The position numbers and the translations under genes were made by a program. From an uncultured Planctomycetia bacterium (lineage in GTDB: Bacteria; Omnitrophota; Gorgyraeia; 1-14-0-20-64-10), in assembly GCA_964597545.1 (NCBI GenBank), contig CAZQXN010000011.1, positions 1 to 60,268 on the forward strand: a DNA stretch of 60,268 bases, given 5' to 3'. The first letter of the stretch is position 1. The number at the start of each line of letters is the position of its first letter. Under the pieces are notes generated by a model. That model ran no database searches and was not told where the DNA came from. It saw only the letters and a list, made by a program, of their open reading frames with translations. Below are positions 24,720 to 33,735 of this stretch, one piece after another.

Positions 24720-25334
24720 TTACGCCTCCTCCGGCGGAATCAAAACACCGTGTGGAAGCCAGAAATCCCGCGTCACGTCATGCGCCCTTCCCTCGGCATC
24801 CTCGGCGGCAAGCCGCACTCGAAGGAACTTAGGTAACGCATCGTCCGGCTGCCATGTATCGAGATACAGCAGCTCGCCCGGTGCCTCGCCCTGATAGGCG
24901 TATGTCATAGAAAAACGGCTGACTCGACCTACCAGCCTTTGGGTCACCACCTCCTCCTCCTCTGTCTCAGGAAAAGCCAACCCTTCCCGAATGAGGACTG
25001 AATCTTCCCCCACACCCTGGAGCGCATAGCGCACCTGCCGCAGCCCAGTCGCCCCCTCGCTCTTTAAGAAAACCATCTGCCCGGCTTCGCCCACAAAGGG
25101 TGAATCGGCCAGGACGACGGCGTTGCGCAGCTCCTCTGCCATCCGGTTAAGTCCGCGCTCCACCACAAAAAAGATCTGGAGCCGCCCATCCGCCCGCTGC
25201 CAGGCAGTCAGCCCCCTCCCCAATACCAGCACCGCTGCAACGCCGATCACAACAGCCAGAGAGGTCGCGACAACCAATTCCAATAAGGTAAATCCCTTGC
25301 AGCCAGCTCCAAGGCGCCTCGGCCGCCGGGTCAT
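24720..25334 (-). CDS. Minor pseudopilin, GspJ-like (prepilin-type N-terminus)
   Basis: 204 aa. KGFTLLELVVATSLAVVIGV carries a prepilin cleavage/methylation motif. Confidence 0.65.
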   Translation of the reverse strand: MTRRPRRLGAGCKGFTLLELVVATSLAVVIGVAAVLVLGRGLTAWQRADGRLQIFFVVERGLNRMAEELRNAVVLADSPFVGEAGQMVFLKSEGATGLRQVRYALQGVGEDSVLIREGLAFPETEEEEVVTQRLVGRVSRFSMTYAYQGEAPGELLYLDTWQPDDALPKFLRVRLAAEDAEGRAHDVTRDFWLPHGVLIPPEEA

Positions 25335-25723
25335 TGCGTCCCCGCTTCCGGCGAAAGCCCCGTGGCAATCCGAACAGAACGTTCATGCCCCCGAAATCCC
25401 CAAAAAACCTGGGTGGTAATCTTTTGAAGGGTTTGCTCTGCCTCTATGGGCTCAGGCGCTGAAACCTCCCAGCGGAAGATCCCCTCTTGGCCTTCAGTTT
25501 CAACGGGGAGTTGCTGCGTATGGCGCGCGAGTGCCGCGATTGTCTCGCGATCTGCAAGGGCAGAGGCAGCTAAGGTATGGTCTAAGAGGCGTGTGACATT
25601 CAGATGGCGGCTGAAGACTGCAGCCCCTAGGATGAGGGCGGTTACGAGGATAGCGAATGCTACTAAAACTTCGATGAGGGTGAACCCGAGTGGGGCCCTG
25701 CGCCCCATCGGATTCAAAATCAT
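25331..25723 (-). CDS. Minor pseudopilin, GspI/GspH-like (prepilin-type N-terminus)
   Basis: 130 aa. LGFTLIEVLVAFAILV carries the prepilin motif. Confidence 0.65.
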   Translation of the reverse strand: MILNPMGRRAPLGFTLIEVLVAFAILVTALILGAAVFSRHLNVTRLLDHTLAASALADRETIAALARHTQQLPVETEGQEGIFRWEVSAPEPIEAEQTLQKITTQVFWGFRGHERSVRIATGLSPEAGTQ

Positions 25724-26169
25724 GGAGAGGCGCCCGAGCCCCCTTCCCAGTTGCCGATGTCGTCGCTGGTCCCCTCAGTACCATCGGGCCCAACCGAGAA
25801 GAGGTCGTAATCGCTTGGGTTCTGCGTTCCCGGAGTTTGATAATGATAAGGACGCTTCCAGGGATCTAGGGGGGTACTTTTAAGGTACGGACCCCGCCAG
25901 TTTTCTACATCCGCCGGGAGGGCTCGCAGGGCCTCCAACCCCTGCTCTTGGGTGGGGTAAGCGCCGGTATCTACCTCAAAGAGATCCAGCGCCAAGGGGA
26001 TATTGGCCTGCACATCTGCCGTGGCCCGAGCAATCCGAGCCTGCTGAGTCCGCCCGGCAAGCCGAGGGACCACCATCGCCACTAAGACGCCCAGGATGGT
26101 GACCACGATCAGAAGTTCTACCAGGGTAAATCCTCTTTCGTCATTGCGAGCGAAGCACAGCCATCCCAT
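25720..26169 (-). CDS. gspG: Major pseudopilin GspG
   Basis: 149 aa. ERGFTLVELLIVVTILGVLVAMVVPRLAG, then DLFEVDTGAYPTQEQGLEAL and GPYL...DPWKRPYHY, typical of GspG. Confidence 0.85.
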   Translation of the reverse strand: MGWLCFARNDERGFTLVELLIVVTILGVLVAMVVPRLAGRTQQARIARATADVQANIPLALDLFEVDTGAYPTQEQGLEALRALPADVENWRGPYLKSTPLDPWKRPYHYQTPGTQNPSDYDLFSVGPDGTEGTSDDIGNWEGGSGASP

Positions 26170-26177
26170 TCTGCGTA

Positions 26178-27389
26178 TTATCCTACATTAAAATTTAGTT
26201 GAAAGATAGGCAGTAGCATCGAGAAGACAATGCCGCCCACCACCAGGCCTACCAGCAGGATCATCACCGGTTCAATCAAGCTACTCATGGTTTTGACTGA
26301 TCGATCCACTCCCTGGTGGTACCGCTCTCCTGCTTGGGCAAAGGCCCGGGCCAAATCCCCCTGGGCCTCTCCCATGGCGACCATGGTCAGCAAGAAAGCC
26401 TCTCCAACTCCGCCTCGCCTTAAGCTCGCTGAGAGGGCCATCCCCTCCATCACATCCCGCTCACTGCGCTTCATCTGTGCCCTGAGCCGGCTTAAACCGA
26501 CTGTGGCGCCACTCAAGCGAAGGGCCTCCGGAAGGGGCAGCCCATGGGCCAGCAAAAGCCCGAGTGTCGAGGTGAGCCGAGCCATCTCCCCCTGTTCTGC
26601 CAAGCGGCCAAAGAGAGGAATATGGCGCAAGAGGTTCATTCCCCAGGCCCCAATCGGAATCTTCAGCCAGCCGGATCTTACTGCCAACCATCCGGCAATC
26701 AGCAGCAGCAATCCCAGGCCCGCCGCCCACACCAACCCCTGGCCGGATTGAATCATCATATTCGTCATCCAGGGCAAGGGCTGGCCGGTCTCTTCAAAGA
26801 GAAGCCCAAGCTTGGGTACAACAAACCAAATGAGCGCACTGACGGTAGCCAGCCCCACCAACATGACAAAGGCCGGATAAACCAAAGCCCCGCGCACTTT
26901 GGAGACAAGCTCGGACTCAGCCTCTACCTGCCGGGTCAGGGCCTCTAAGACCTGCTCCAACGCCCCGCCGGCCTCTCCGGCCTGAATCAAGGCCACAGCG
27001 ACTGGCGGGAAGGAAGCGCTTACCTGCGTCATCCGCATGGCATCTGCCAGATTGGCCCCACCGGTAACTTGGGCCTCCAGAAAGGCGGCCACCCGCCCCA
27101 CAGGACGTCCGGATTCCTGCTCTGCCAACAGGTGCAGTGCCTGGGTCAGGCTTAAACCGGCCTGCAAACCCTGACCAATGGTGCGGGCCCACAAGGCAAG
27201 ATCGGCTTGGCCGAGCGCTCGACGCCCAAGTGCCCCGGCGGGTGCCCCCTTTTGCTCCAAGGGAACAACCTCCAAGGGAAACAAACCCATTTGCTTAAGG
27301 TGCTGAACAGCAGCAGTCCGATCCATCGCCTCCACAACCCCTGAGGCGTCGGTTCGCTTATCCTGCTTGGCTCGGTAGGTAAATTGCAT
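26178..27389 (-). CDS. gspF: T2SS inner-membrane platform protein GspF
   Basis: 403 aa. Duplicated T2SSF-type domains and three TM segments. Sits between gspE and gspG. Confidence 0.88.
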   Translation of the reverse strand: MQFTYRAKQDKRTDASGVVEAMDRTAAVQHLKQMGLFPLEVVPLEQKGAPAGALGRRALGQADLALWARTIGQGLQAGLSLTQALHLLAEQESGRPVGRVAAFLEAQVTGGANLADAMRMTQVSASFPPVAVALIQAGEAGGALEQVLEALTRQVEAESELVSKVRGALVYPAFVMLVGLATVSALIWFVVPKLGLLFEETGQPLPWMTNMMIQSGQGLVWAAGLGLLLLIAGWLAVRSGWLKIPIGAWGMNLLRHIPLFGRLAEQGEMARLTSTLGLLLAHGLPLPEALRLSGATVGLSRLRAQMKRSERDVMEGMALSASLRRGGVGEAFLLTMVAMGEAQGDLARAFAQAGERYHQGVDRSVKTMSSLIEPVMILLVGLVVGGIVFSMLLPIFQLNFNVG

Positions 27390-27392
27390 ACG

Positions 27393-27429
27393 GGGTCAGA
27401 CCCCTTTGGGTCAAAAGGGGTCTGACCCC
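27393..27429. repeat. Two copies of the GGGGTCWGACCCC palindrome (gspE-gspF intergenic)
   Basis: ggggtcagacccc (27393-27405) and ggggtctgacccc (27417-27429). Confidence 0.9.
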
Positions 27430-27438
27430 TTTGAGGGG

Positions 27439-29076
27439 TTATTCATTTTCAAGCTCCGTGACGCGAAGGACCTCTTCCTCGGTGGTAAGACCCATCTCGA
27501 CCTTTTTCATGCCGTCTTCCCGGAGGGTCCTCATCCCCTTGGACCGGGCAAGCTTGACAATCTCCCCTGCAGGCGCCCGATCGGTAATGAGCTTTCGGAT
27601 GTCATCGTCCAAAATAAGGAACTCTGAGATCGCGGTCCGCCCTTTGTAGCCGGTCTTGCGGCACTCTTGACATCCCTTGCCCCGGCATGCTGTACAGGTG
27701 AGCCGAACCAACCGCTGGGCAATGGCGCACTCCAGGGAGGAGGCCACCAGGTAGGGCTCAATCCCCATGTCCAACAAGCGCGTCATGCAGCCGGCTGCAT
27801 CGTTGGTGTGCAGGGTTGAGAAAACCAGGTGACCGGTCAGTGCCGTACGGATCGCAGTCTCAGCGGTCTCAAAATCCCGAACCTCACCCACCATAATGAC
27901 GTCGGGATCATGCCGGAGAATGGATCTGAGCGCCGAGGCAAAGGTAAAGCCGATCTTGGGGTGCACCTGCATTTGCGTGATGCCGGAGATCAAATATTCA
28001 ATGGGGTCTTCAATGGTGATCATCTTGCGCTTGCGGTCGTTGATGTGGGAAAGGCACGCATACAGAGTGGTGGTCTTGCCGGATCCGGTAGGCCCGCTCA
28101 CAAAGATGATGCCATGGGGCTTGGTGACCAAACGCTCCAAGATCTTGCGGTGGTCTTCAAACAACCCCAACTGCTCTAACCCCAAGAAGATGTTGGTGCT
28201 TAAGATCCGGATCATCGCCGCTTCGCCAAAGGGAGTAGGTAAAACCGAGATTCTTAAATCCAGCTCGCGGCCCGCCACCTTGACCTTGGCTCGACCATCC
28301 TGGGGCAGCCGGTGCTCAGCCACATTGAGCCGCGCCATCACCTTGATCCTGGAAACAATCCCCGGATGAAACCGCCTGATGCCGTCGGGAACCGGGATAT
28401 CGTACATCACCCCGTCGATCCGAACGCGAATCATCAGGGTCTTCTCATAGGGCTCCAAGTGAATGTCGGTGGCGCTGTCCCGAATGGCCTCTAAAAAGAG
28501 CTGGTTGACAAACTTGATGGTGGAGGCCTCTCCCCCGATCTTGTCCAGATCAGAGACCGCCTCCGAGAGGGTTGTGGCGGTGGCAGAGAGTTCCTCTGTC
28601 GCCACCATTGCTTCAACCGTCTCGGCCCCGACACCGTAATGCTGACGAATGGCCTCTGAGAGCTCGTGAGAGCTCACTGCCGCCGGCTGGATCTCGGCAT
28701 GGGTCAACATGCGAAGCTCATCCACCACACTGGTATTTAAGGGGTCCTCCATGGCAACGATCAGGGTTTTGCCTTGGCGGGCCACCGGAAGGACATGGTA
28801 GCGAGTGACAATCCGGGCTGGAACCTGCTTAATGAGCTCTGGATCAACGGGGCGCTGCTTGAGGGAGACAAAGGAGATGTTGAGCTGTTCGGCTAAAACC
28901 GGCAAGAGTTTCTCTTCCGAAGCCACCCCCATTCGGGCCAAGGTTTGGCAGATGGGGGGCACACCCTTGTTCTTCTTCTGGCGCTCCAGGGCATCCTCCA
29001 GCTGCTTCTCGGTGATCACCCCGGCCTCGATCAAGAGCTTGCCGATCTTCTTGTTGTGCCGCTTTAAAACCATCAT
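27439..29076 (-). CDS. gspE: T2SS/T4P assembly ATPase GspE
   Basis: 545 aa. N-terminal T2SSE_N-type domain, Walker [14 protein letters not shown], Asp and His boxes, and a tetracysteine motif CTACRGKGCQECRKTGYKGR. Confidence 0.92.
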   Translation of the reverse strand: MMVLKRHNKKIGKLLIEAGVITEKQLEDALERQKKNKGVPPICQTLARMGVASEEKLLPVLAEQLNISFVSLKQRPVDPELIKQVPARIVTRYHVLPVARQGKTLIVAMEDPLNTSVVDELRMLTHAEIQPAAVSSHELSEAIRQHYGVGAETVEAMVATEELSATATTLSEAVSDLDKIGGEASTIKFVNQLFLEAIRDSATDIHLEPYEKTLMIRVRIDGVMYDIPVPDGIRRFHPGIVSRIKVMARLNVAEHRLPQDGRAKVKVAGRELDLRISVLPTPFGEAAMIRILSTNIFLGLEQLGLFEDHRKILERLVTKPHGIIFVSGPTGSGKTTTLYACLSHINDRKRKMITIEDPIEYLISGITQMQVHPKIGFTFASALRSILRHDPDVIMVGEVRDFETAETAIRTALTGHLVFSTLHTNDAAGCMTRLLDMGIEPYLVASSLECAIAQRLVRLTCTACRGKGCQECRKTGYKGRTAISEFLILDDDIRKLITDRAPAGEIVKLARSKGMRTLREDGMKKVEMGLTTEEEVLRVTELENE

Positions 29077-29198
29077 ATGCCTCTATGATAAGTATTCCAC
29101 ATTGCGGCATGCTCTGCACCAAAAATTTTCCTGGAAACGCAAGCCCTGTCCCTGTACACCCCGGGGGTGTATAGTCGGCAGCTTGGGCCGGCTTGAGA

Positions 29199-32100
29199 TC
29201 ACCGCACCCGGATCTTGAAGCGCCGCTTGGGGGAAACGCCCCCTTTGGAATCGATCGCTTCCACAGACCCACTATAGAGCCCTCGTCTTGGGTAGCGGTA
29301 CCAGAAGTAGCAACGGGTCTTTGTCCTCTTCCTGCCGTCCCCAAAATCAAAGCGATAGCGGATCCGATCTCTATCGGGGTCGGTGGCCCAAACGTAGAAC
29401 AAGGCCCAGCGCCCCCACCAAGACCCACACCAGAAGTACCGGATGACCGGAGGGTCGTTGGCAGGGAGAACCCGGACGCTTCTGGTCTCTTCGGTCTTGC
29501 GGGTAAAGCCGTAGACCGATTCGGTCACGGTGAGCTTGACCGGGTAGGTTCCCGGAGAGGCATAGGCGTGGCGGGCAATCCGCCTGGTGGAGGTGATGCC
29601 GTCGCCGAAGTTCCACAGATAAGTGATCGGATCATCCTCGTCATCATAAGCAGATACCGCAAATACGCCCTCCTCCCCTTCGGCTACCTGCGCGGGCGTG
29701 CGGACCGAAGCGATCTGGGCCTGGTTGTTGAGGGCCCCGATAACCGTCAGAACATCCAAAGTAGTCAAGAACCTGTCACCGTTGACATCATAGTACGGAG
29801 GCGGTCCGAATTCGTTGGTAACACGCGGCAGTTTCCCTCCGGGTGGCAGGCGCCCGCCCAAAGAGGAGTTTACCGCGCTCACTAAGATGAGCACATCCAA
29901 GGTGGTCAGCATGCCGTTTCCGTTGATATCGAGAGGATTGTCCGGGTTCTGCCAGGGATGAGGGTTCTCGTAGATGACGAGGGTCTGATCTGCGCTGACA
30001 TCGCTGCGCGTTGTTGTGCCGCCGCTCGGCCAGTGGACAACAACGCTATCAGCCGTCAGATGGTTGCCGAGTCCGAAATGCATCGGGCTTTCCTCAAGAT
30101 CATCGCTGTTGCGCATCGTTTTGGCCTGCTCCAGGCCTTCAGCGGCAACAATGACTCGAGCCCCCAAACCGAAGCTATTGCTTGCATGTCCATCAAGTTG
30201 AATTTTCAGCCAGTGGTTTTTCGGATCTCCGAATATGTCGGAATAACGATTCTCATACAAGCTAAGATACCCCTCCATCTGGTGAGCGTTCAGGATGTCC
30301 AGATCACCGTCGTTATCATAGTCGGCGTAGGCGACAAAACTGCCGAAGTTGCTTCCGTAAGCTCCCGACTCAAATGTCCGGTCAGTAAAGGAAACCCCCT
30401 GCTCATTATGCAGGAGATAATTCCCCCCGACTCCTCCAGTCAAGTAGAGATCCAGAAACCCGTCGTTGTCGTAATCTAGAAATTGCGCTCCCTGGGGTCC
30501 GATCACCCCTAAACCCCCCATCTCAGAAAACATCCGGTCTGTATAATCCCAAAAGGACCCGTCACCACAGTTCTGGTAAAGGCGCGTAATGCGTTTAATC
30601 CGTTCAAAACCTTCGTACTTATATACCCATATACCCGCAAGGAAAAAATCTGGAAATCCATCGTTGTTATAATCCCCTACGGCAATTGCGCTAGGCCTAT
30701 TCATTTTAATTCCAAAGCAGACCTTTCGGAAACCTCCATCCCCCTGGTTCATATAAAATTGCAACCCATTCACCCCCGCGGGCGCCCAGGCACCAATGAT
30801 TAAATCCATAAAGCCATCCACATTGAAATCAATCACTTGAGTGTTGGCATAGGCATAACCCATTGCGCCCGAAAGACCAGCTCGGCTCGTTACGTCCTCG
30901 AAGCGATTGTTCCCCAAATTCCGCATCAGCGTAACAGGCGGAGCGGGCAACAGAATGTCCACATACCCATCGTTGTCATAGTCAAAAAACACTGGGGTTA
31001 GGGGACACTGTTCAAAAACCGGCAATCCCGACGATGCCGTGATGTCGGCGAAGCCCCCGCCGCCGCTGTTCCTTAAAAGGCGGGGTCTATCTTCATCAGA
31101 CGGAATGACCAAAAGATCGAGATCTCCGTCATTATCAATGTCCGCAGCCTTGCTCTGCCAAAACGGTCTGGGAAAAACAGATGTCGCTTCAAACTTCCCT
31201 GCCGCCGGGTTAAACAGGTAGCGATGCTCCGGGCTGGCGATCAGGTCAGCATACCCATCCTGATTGACGTCGGCAAAGGTGACACCCCAACTGCCGGAAT
31301 AGATGCTGTAGAGAAATGTGATGCCTTTCTCCTCCGCGACATCCTGAAAGAAAGTGGGTTGCAGACGAATAGCGCCCTCTGAGCGCAGAATCGTCTCGCC
31401 CTGAGAATCTGTCGCCCTCAGCGTGAATCTGATCTCGTCAGAGAATGCCGCACCGCTGTTTAATCGAATACGAAATGGATCGGATGCGTTCTCGGCGGTT
31501 TCACCGGAAGCGATTTCACCAAGCAGCCACTCGCCCTCCTCCACGGCAACTTCCGGATGCGTAGCTTCCAGGAAAACTTGAACGCCGTCAGCATCCTCAA
31601 AGATGCTGTGCAGGCGCACAATCAGTTCGAATGTCTCTCCCGGGAGCACCTCTCCCTTGAATCTGTACTCCTCCAGGACAAGCAGGGGCTGGCTCTCGAC
31701 CGCAAGGGCGCGCTCTATATTGAGCCGCCCGGCTCCCATGAACCCTGCGCAGTCGCCCAAAAGCGAATCGATCGAATCCGCTCCCAAGCGCAGGCGGGCA
31801 TGAATTTCATCCGGGGAGGCGCTGGGATACTGGCTCAAAAGGATGGCAGCGGCCCCAGCCACGTGAGGGCCGGCCATGGAGGTACCGGCCAAACGAGCGT
31901 AGCCGGGGGCGACAATAAGATCTTCCCGTTTAGCAATGATTTCCAAACTGCTTGGAATTGCAGAGAGGATGTTACGGATGTCGCGCCCACGGCCACTCCC
32001 GGGAGCCGAGACATCAACCGCCAGTCCAAAACTGGAGAAAAAAGAGCGCTGATCGTCCTGAGCGGTTGAACCAACCGTAATAACCGTTTCCAAGCTCGCA

Positions 32101-33470
32101 GGCACCGCTACCGAGATCGAAACGTCATCGTTACCGGCAGACGCCACAGAGGTCATCCCAAGCCCGTGGGCATACACGAAGGCATCCTGCAAGGTCCGGC
32201 TGACATCTACAATACCCCATGAGTTGTTGGAAACGCCGGCACCGTTCTCTGCCGCATACGCAATAGCAATGACGAGATCTGAGACCATCGCGGCAACAAA
32301 CTCTTGAACGGTTCCCTCAACAATACCTTCATCGCTGAACACCTTCAGCGGCATGATCTCGGCCCCCGGCGCCACGCCAACCACGCCAAGACCGTTGTTT
32401 CCCGTCGCCGCGATCGTGCCGGCCACATGGGTCCCATGGCCGATCTCCTCGTCCATCGGGTCATTATCATCAGCCCAGAAATTCCAACCCCGCACATCAT
32501 CAACGTAACCGTTGCCGTCGTTATCAACGCCGTCGCCGGGAATTTCCCCTGGATTGGTCCAGATGTTGGCTTCTAAATCTTCGTGCATGTAATCAACCCC
32601 AGTGTCAATAACTGCTACCGTGACACCCTCTCCTTGCGCCGTCTGCCAAGCCTCGGGAGCGCTCACCTTCAAAATTCCCCAAAGGTCCTCGTATTCCTGC
32701 CCCCAAGCCCCTTCGGTCCAGCTCCCGTCAGGGGCCGCATAGGTATCGTTGGGTGGTGTCTCCGGAAAGGCGTGCAATCGAGCGAGAAAGTCGGGCTCAG
32801 CGTACTCCACAGCCGGATCAGCGTTATAGCGGGCGATCATGGGGGTCAAGTCTTCTGACTCTTCAACCTGAATAACATAAACCTGATCCAAATTGGAAAA
32901 CGCCCCTTCGCCCTGCTCCTGAAGACGCTCTACCCGGCTCACCAGCTTCTCTTGAATCTCTACCTGGCGGTCCAAGAGCGCCTTCTCTCTGGCAACCCTG
33001 GCCTCATAATCCTTAGACTCTTCGGAATCCTTATCCTTCCACCAGTACCAACGGCCATGGGATTGTCCGCTCACCAGCTCCGCTCGCATACGGCGAAGAA
33101 CATTAAGTCGCCCTGAAAGAGAGAGACGTTCGGGCAGCAATCGATTGACCGCGGTTGCCCCAAACTGCGTATTGAGCTTCGATAAACTCGAGAGAGACTG
33201 CCCTTCTTTGAGTTTGACGATGATCCGGCCAGGGACAAAACGAGGCCTATCGTGAACCGCAACTGTCGCCTGCTCGTTGTTCGCCCCATCATCAGAGCGG
33301 AGAGGGTCCAGCGGTAGAATCCAAGGCACTCGCCTGTCTGTCTGGCCACCGGCATCAGAAGTATTCTGGTTTTCCTCTGAAGCGGCCAATAGTGCCGTTG
33401 GGGTTTGCAAAAGCGTAATAGAAATAGCCAAAATAATAGCTGCGGCTCTATGGATTGTTCTACTTCTCAT
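29199..33470 (-). CDS. 1423-aa secreted multidomain subtilisin (S8): propeptide, S8 catalytic domain, FG-GAP/VCBS repeats, two dockerin-like repeats, a PKD domain and a conserved C-terminal module
   Basis: Signal peptide MRSRTIHRAAAIILAISITLLQTPTALLAA. Catalytic triad contexts AVIDTGVDYMHEDL, GHGTHVAGTIAA and GTSMAGPHVAGAAAIL. Repeated DxNxDGxxD motifs (DVNQDGYADL, DIDNDGDLDL, DYDNDGYVDI). DINGNGMLTTLDVLILV and DVNGDRFLTTLDVLTVI are dockerin-like. WNFGDG...HAYASPGTYPVKLTV is PKD-like. Confidence 0.88.
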   Translation of the reverse strand: MRSRTIHRAAAIILAISITLLQTPTALLAASEENQNTSDAGGQTDRRVPWILPLDPLRSDDGANNEQATVAVHDRPRFVPGRIIVKLKEGQSLSSLSKLNTQFGATAVNRLLPERLSLSGRLNVLRRMRAELVSGQSHGRWYWWKDKDSEESKDYEARVAREKALLDRQVEIQEKLVSRVERLQEQGEGAFSNLDQVYVIQVEESEDLTPMIARYNADPAVEYAEPDFLARLHAFPETPPNDTYAAPDGSWTEGAWGQEYEDLWGILKVSAPEAWQTAQGEGVTVAVIDTGVDYMHEDLEANIWTNPGEIPGDGVDNDGNGYVDDVRGWNFWADDNDPMDEEIGHGTHVAGTIAATGNNGLGVVGVAPGAEIMPLKVFSDEGIVEGTVQEFVAAMVSDLVIAIAYAAENGAGVSNNSWGIVDVSRTLQDAFVYAHGLGMTSVASAGNDDVSISVAVPASLETVITVGSTAQDDQRSFFSSFGLAVDVSAPGSGRGRDIRNILSAIPSSLEIIAKREDLIVAPGYARLAGTSMAGPHVAGAAAILLSQYPSASPDEIHARLRLGADSIDSLLGDCAGFMGAGRLNIERALAVESQPLLVLEEYRFKGEVLPGETFELIVRLHSIFEDADGVQVFLEATHPEVAVEEGEWLLGEIASGETAENASDPFRIRLNSGAAFSDEIRFTLRATDSQGETILRSEGAIRLQPTFFQDVAEEKGITFLYSIYSGSWGVTFADVNQDGYADLIASPEHRYLFNPAAGKFEATSVFPRPFWQSKAADIDNDGDLDLLVIPSDEDRPRLLRNSGGGGFADITASSGLPVFEQCPLTPVFFDYDNDGYVDILLPAPPVTLMRNLGNNRFEDVTSRAGLSGAMGYAYANTQVIDFNVDGFMDLIIGAWAPAGVNGLQFYMNQGDGGFRKVCFGIKMNRPSAIAVGDYNNDGFPDFFLAGIWVYKYEGFERIKRITRLYQNCGDGSFWDYTDRMFSEMGGLGVIGPQGAQFLDYDNDGFLDLYLTGGVGGNYLLHNEQGVSFTDRTFESGAYGSNFGSFVAYADYDNDGDLDILNAHQMEGYLSLYENRYSDIFGDPKNHWLKIQLDGHASNSFGLGARVIVAAEGLEQAKTMRNSDDLEESPMHFGLGNHLTADSVVVHWPSGGTTTRSDVSADQTLVIYENPHPWQNPDNPLDINGNGMLTTLDVLILVSAVNSSLGGRLPPGGKLPRVTNEFGPPPYYDVNGDRFLTTLDVLTVIGALNNQAQIASVRTPAQVAEGEEGVFAVSAYDDEDDPITYLWNFGDGITSTRRIARHAYASPGTYPVKLTVTESVYGFTRKTEETRSVRVLPANDPPVIRYFWCGSWWGRWALFYVWATDPDRDRIRYRFDFGDGRKRTKTRCYFWYRYPRRGLYSGSVEAIDSKGGVSPKRRFKIRVR

Positions 33471-33511
33471 CTCATTGTCTCCCTAGAGGTTAAGCTTAAG
33501 CTCCTGGACCG

Positions 33512-33550
33512 AAAATAAAAAACCCATGGTTTTTTCCGCAAAACCATGGG
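33512..33550 (-). terminator. Intrinsic terminator inside the 5' leader of the 1423-aa S8 gene (riboswitch expression platform)
   Basis: Reverse strand CCCAUGGUUUU-GCGG-AAAAACCAUGGG followed by UUUUUUAUUUU. It lies about 40 nt upstream of the start codon and downstream of the aptamer. Confidence 0.75.
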
Positions 33551-33573
33551 CTTCCTGCATTCTTGTCTGATCT

Positions 33574-33645
33574 GGCAACCCGGCTGGCCCTATGGGCCCC
33601 GTGGCTTTGCGGCCCCCGGTTTCCCGGGGTGTGCCTTTTACAGGT
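33574..33645 (-). promoter_or_regulatory. c-di-GMP-I (GEMM-I) riboswitch aptamer, leader of the 1423-aa S8 gene
   Basis: Reverse strand AAAAGGCACACC-CCGG-GAAA-CCGG-GGGCCGCAAAGCC-ACGGGGCCCAUAGGGCC-AGCCGGGUUGCC. Compare V. cholerae Vc2: GGGCAAACC-AUUC-GAAA-GAGU-GGGACGCAAAGCC-UCCGG...GCGGGGUUACC. Confidence 0.75.
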
Positions 33646-33665
33646 ATATCAATTGCTACACACTA

Positions 33666-33695
33666 AGTATGGCTGATCCTCATCAAAAAAGTCAA
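33666..33695 (-). promoter_or_regulatory. Candidate sigma70 promoter of the 1423-aa S8 gene
   Basis: Reverse strand TTGACT (33695-33690), 18 nt, CATACT (33671-33666). It lies about 20 nt upstream of the aptamer. Confidence 0.45.
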
Positions 33696-33735
33696 GGGGA
33701 CCGTAACTTTTTTGGGTTCCGGTAGTTAGGATCAC

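Noticed and set aside
25720-26169. The unusual GspG leader peptide MGWLCFARNDERG might indicate a wrong start or a pseudogene
   Set aside because: There is no alternative in-frame start. The Gly-1/Phe+1/Glu+5 prepilin processing site is intact, and the rest of the protein is a normal GspG. The odd leader is probably just a recruited upstream sequence.
29106-29121. Sigma54-like -24/-12 element upstream of gspE (reverse strand TGGTGC-AGAGC-ATGCC, GG-N10-GC spacing)
   Set aside because: Only the GG/GC dinucleotides and their spacing match. The flanking bases deviate from TGGCAC-N5-TTGC. No enhancer-binding protein gene is in the window. The evidence is too weak to call.
29154-29174. Palindrome TACACCCC-C-GGGGTGTA between the 1423-aa S8 gene and gspE, as a possible terminator
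   Set aside because: The stem is about 7 bp with a 3-nt loop and there is no downstream U-tract on the transcribed strand. It is not convincing as an intrinsic terminator. It is mentioned only because its weakness allows read-through.
28844-29885. 194-aa minus-strand and 230-aa plus-strand ORFs bridging the gspE start and the S8 gene end
   Set aside because: They overlap the conserved ends of two strongly supported CDSs and the intergenic region. They have no motifs and an off-frame composition.
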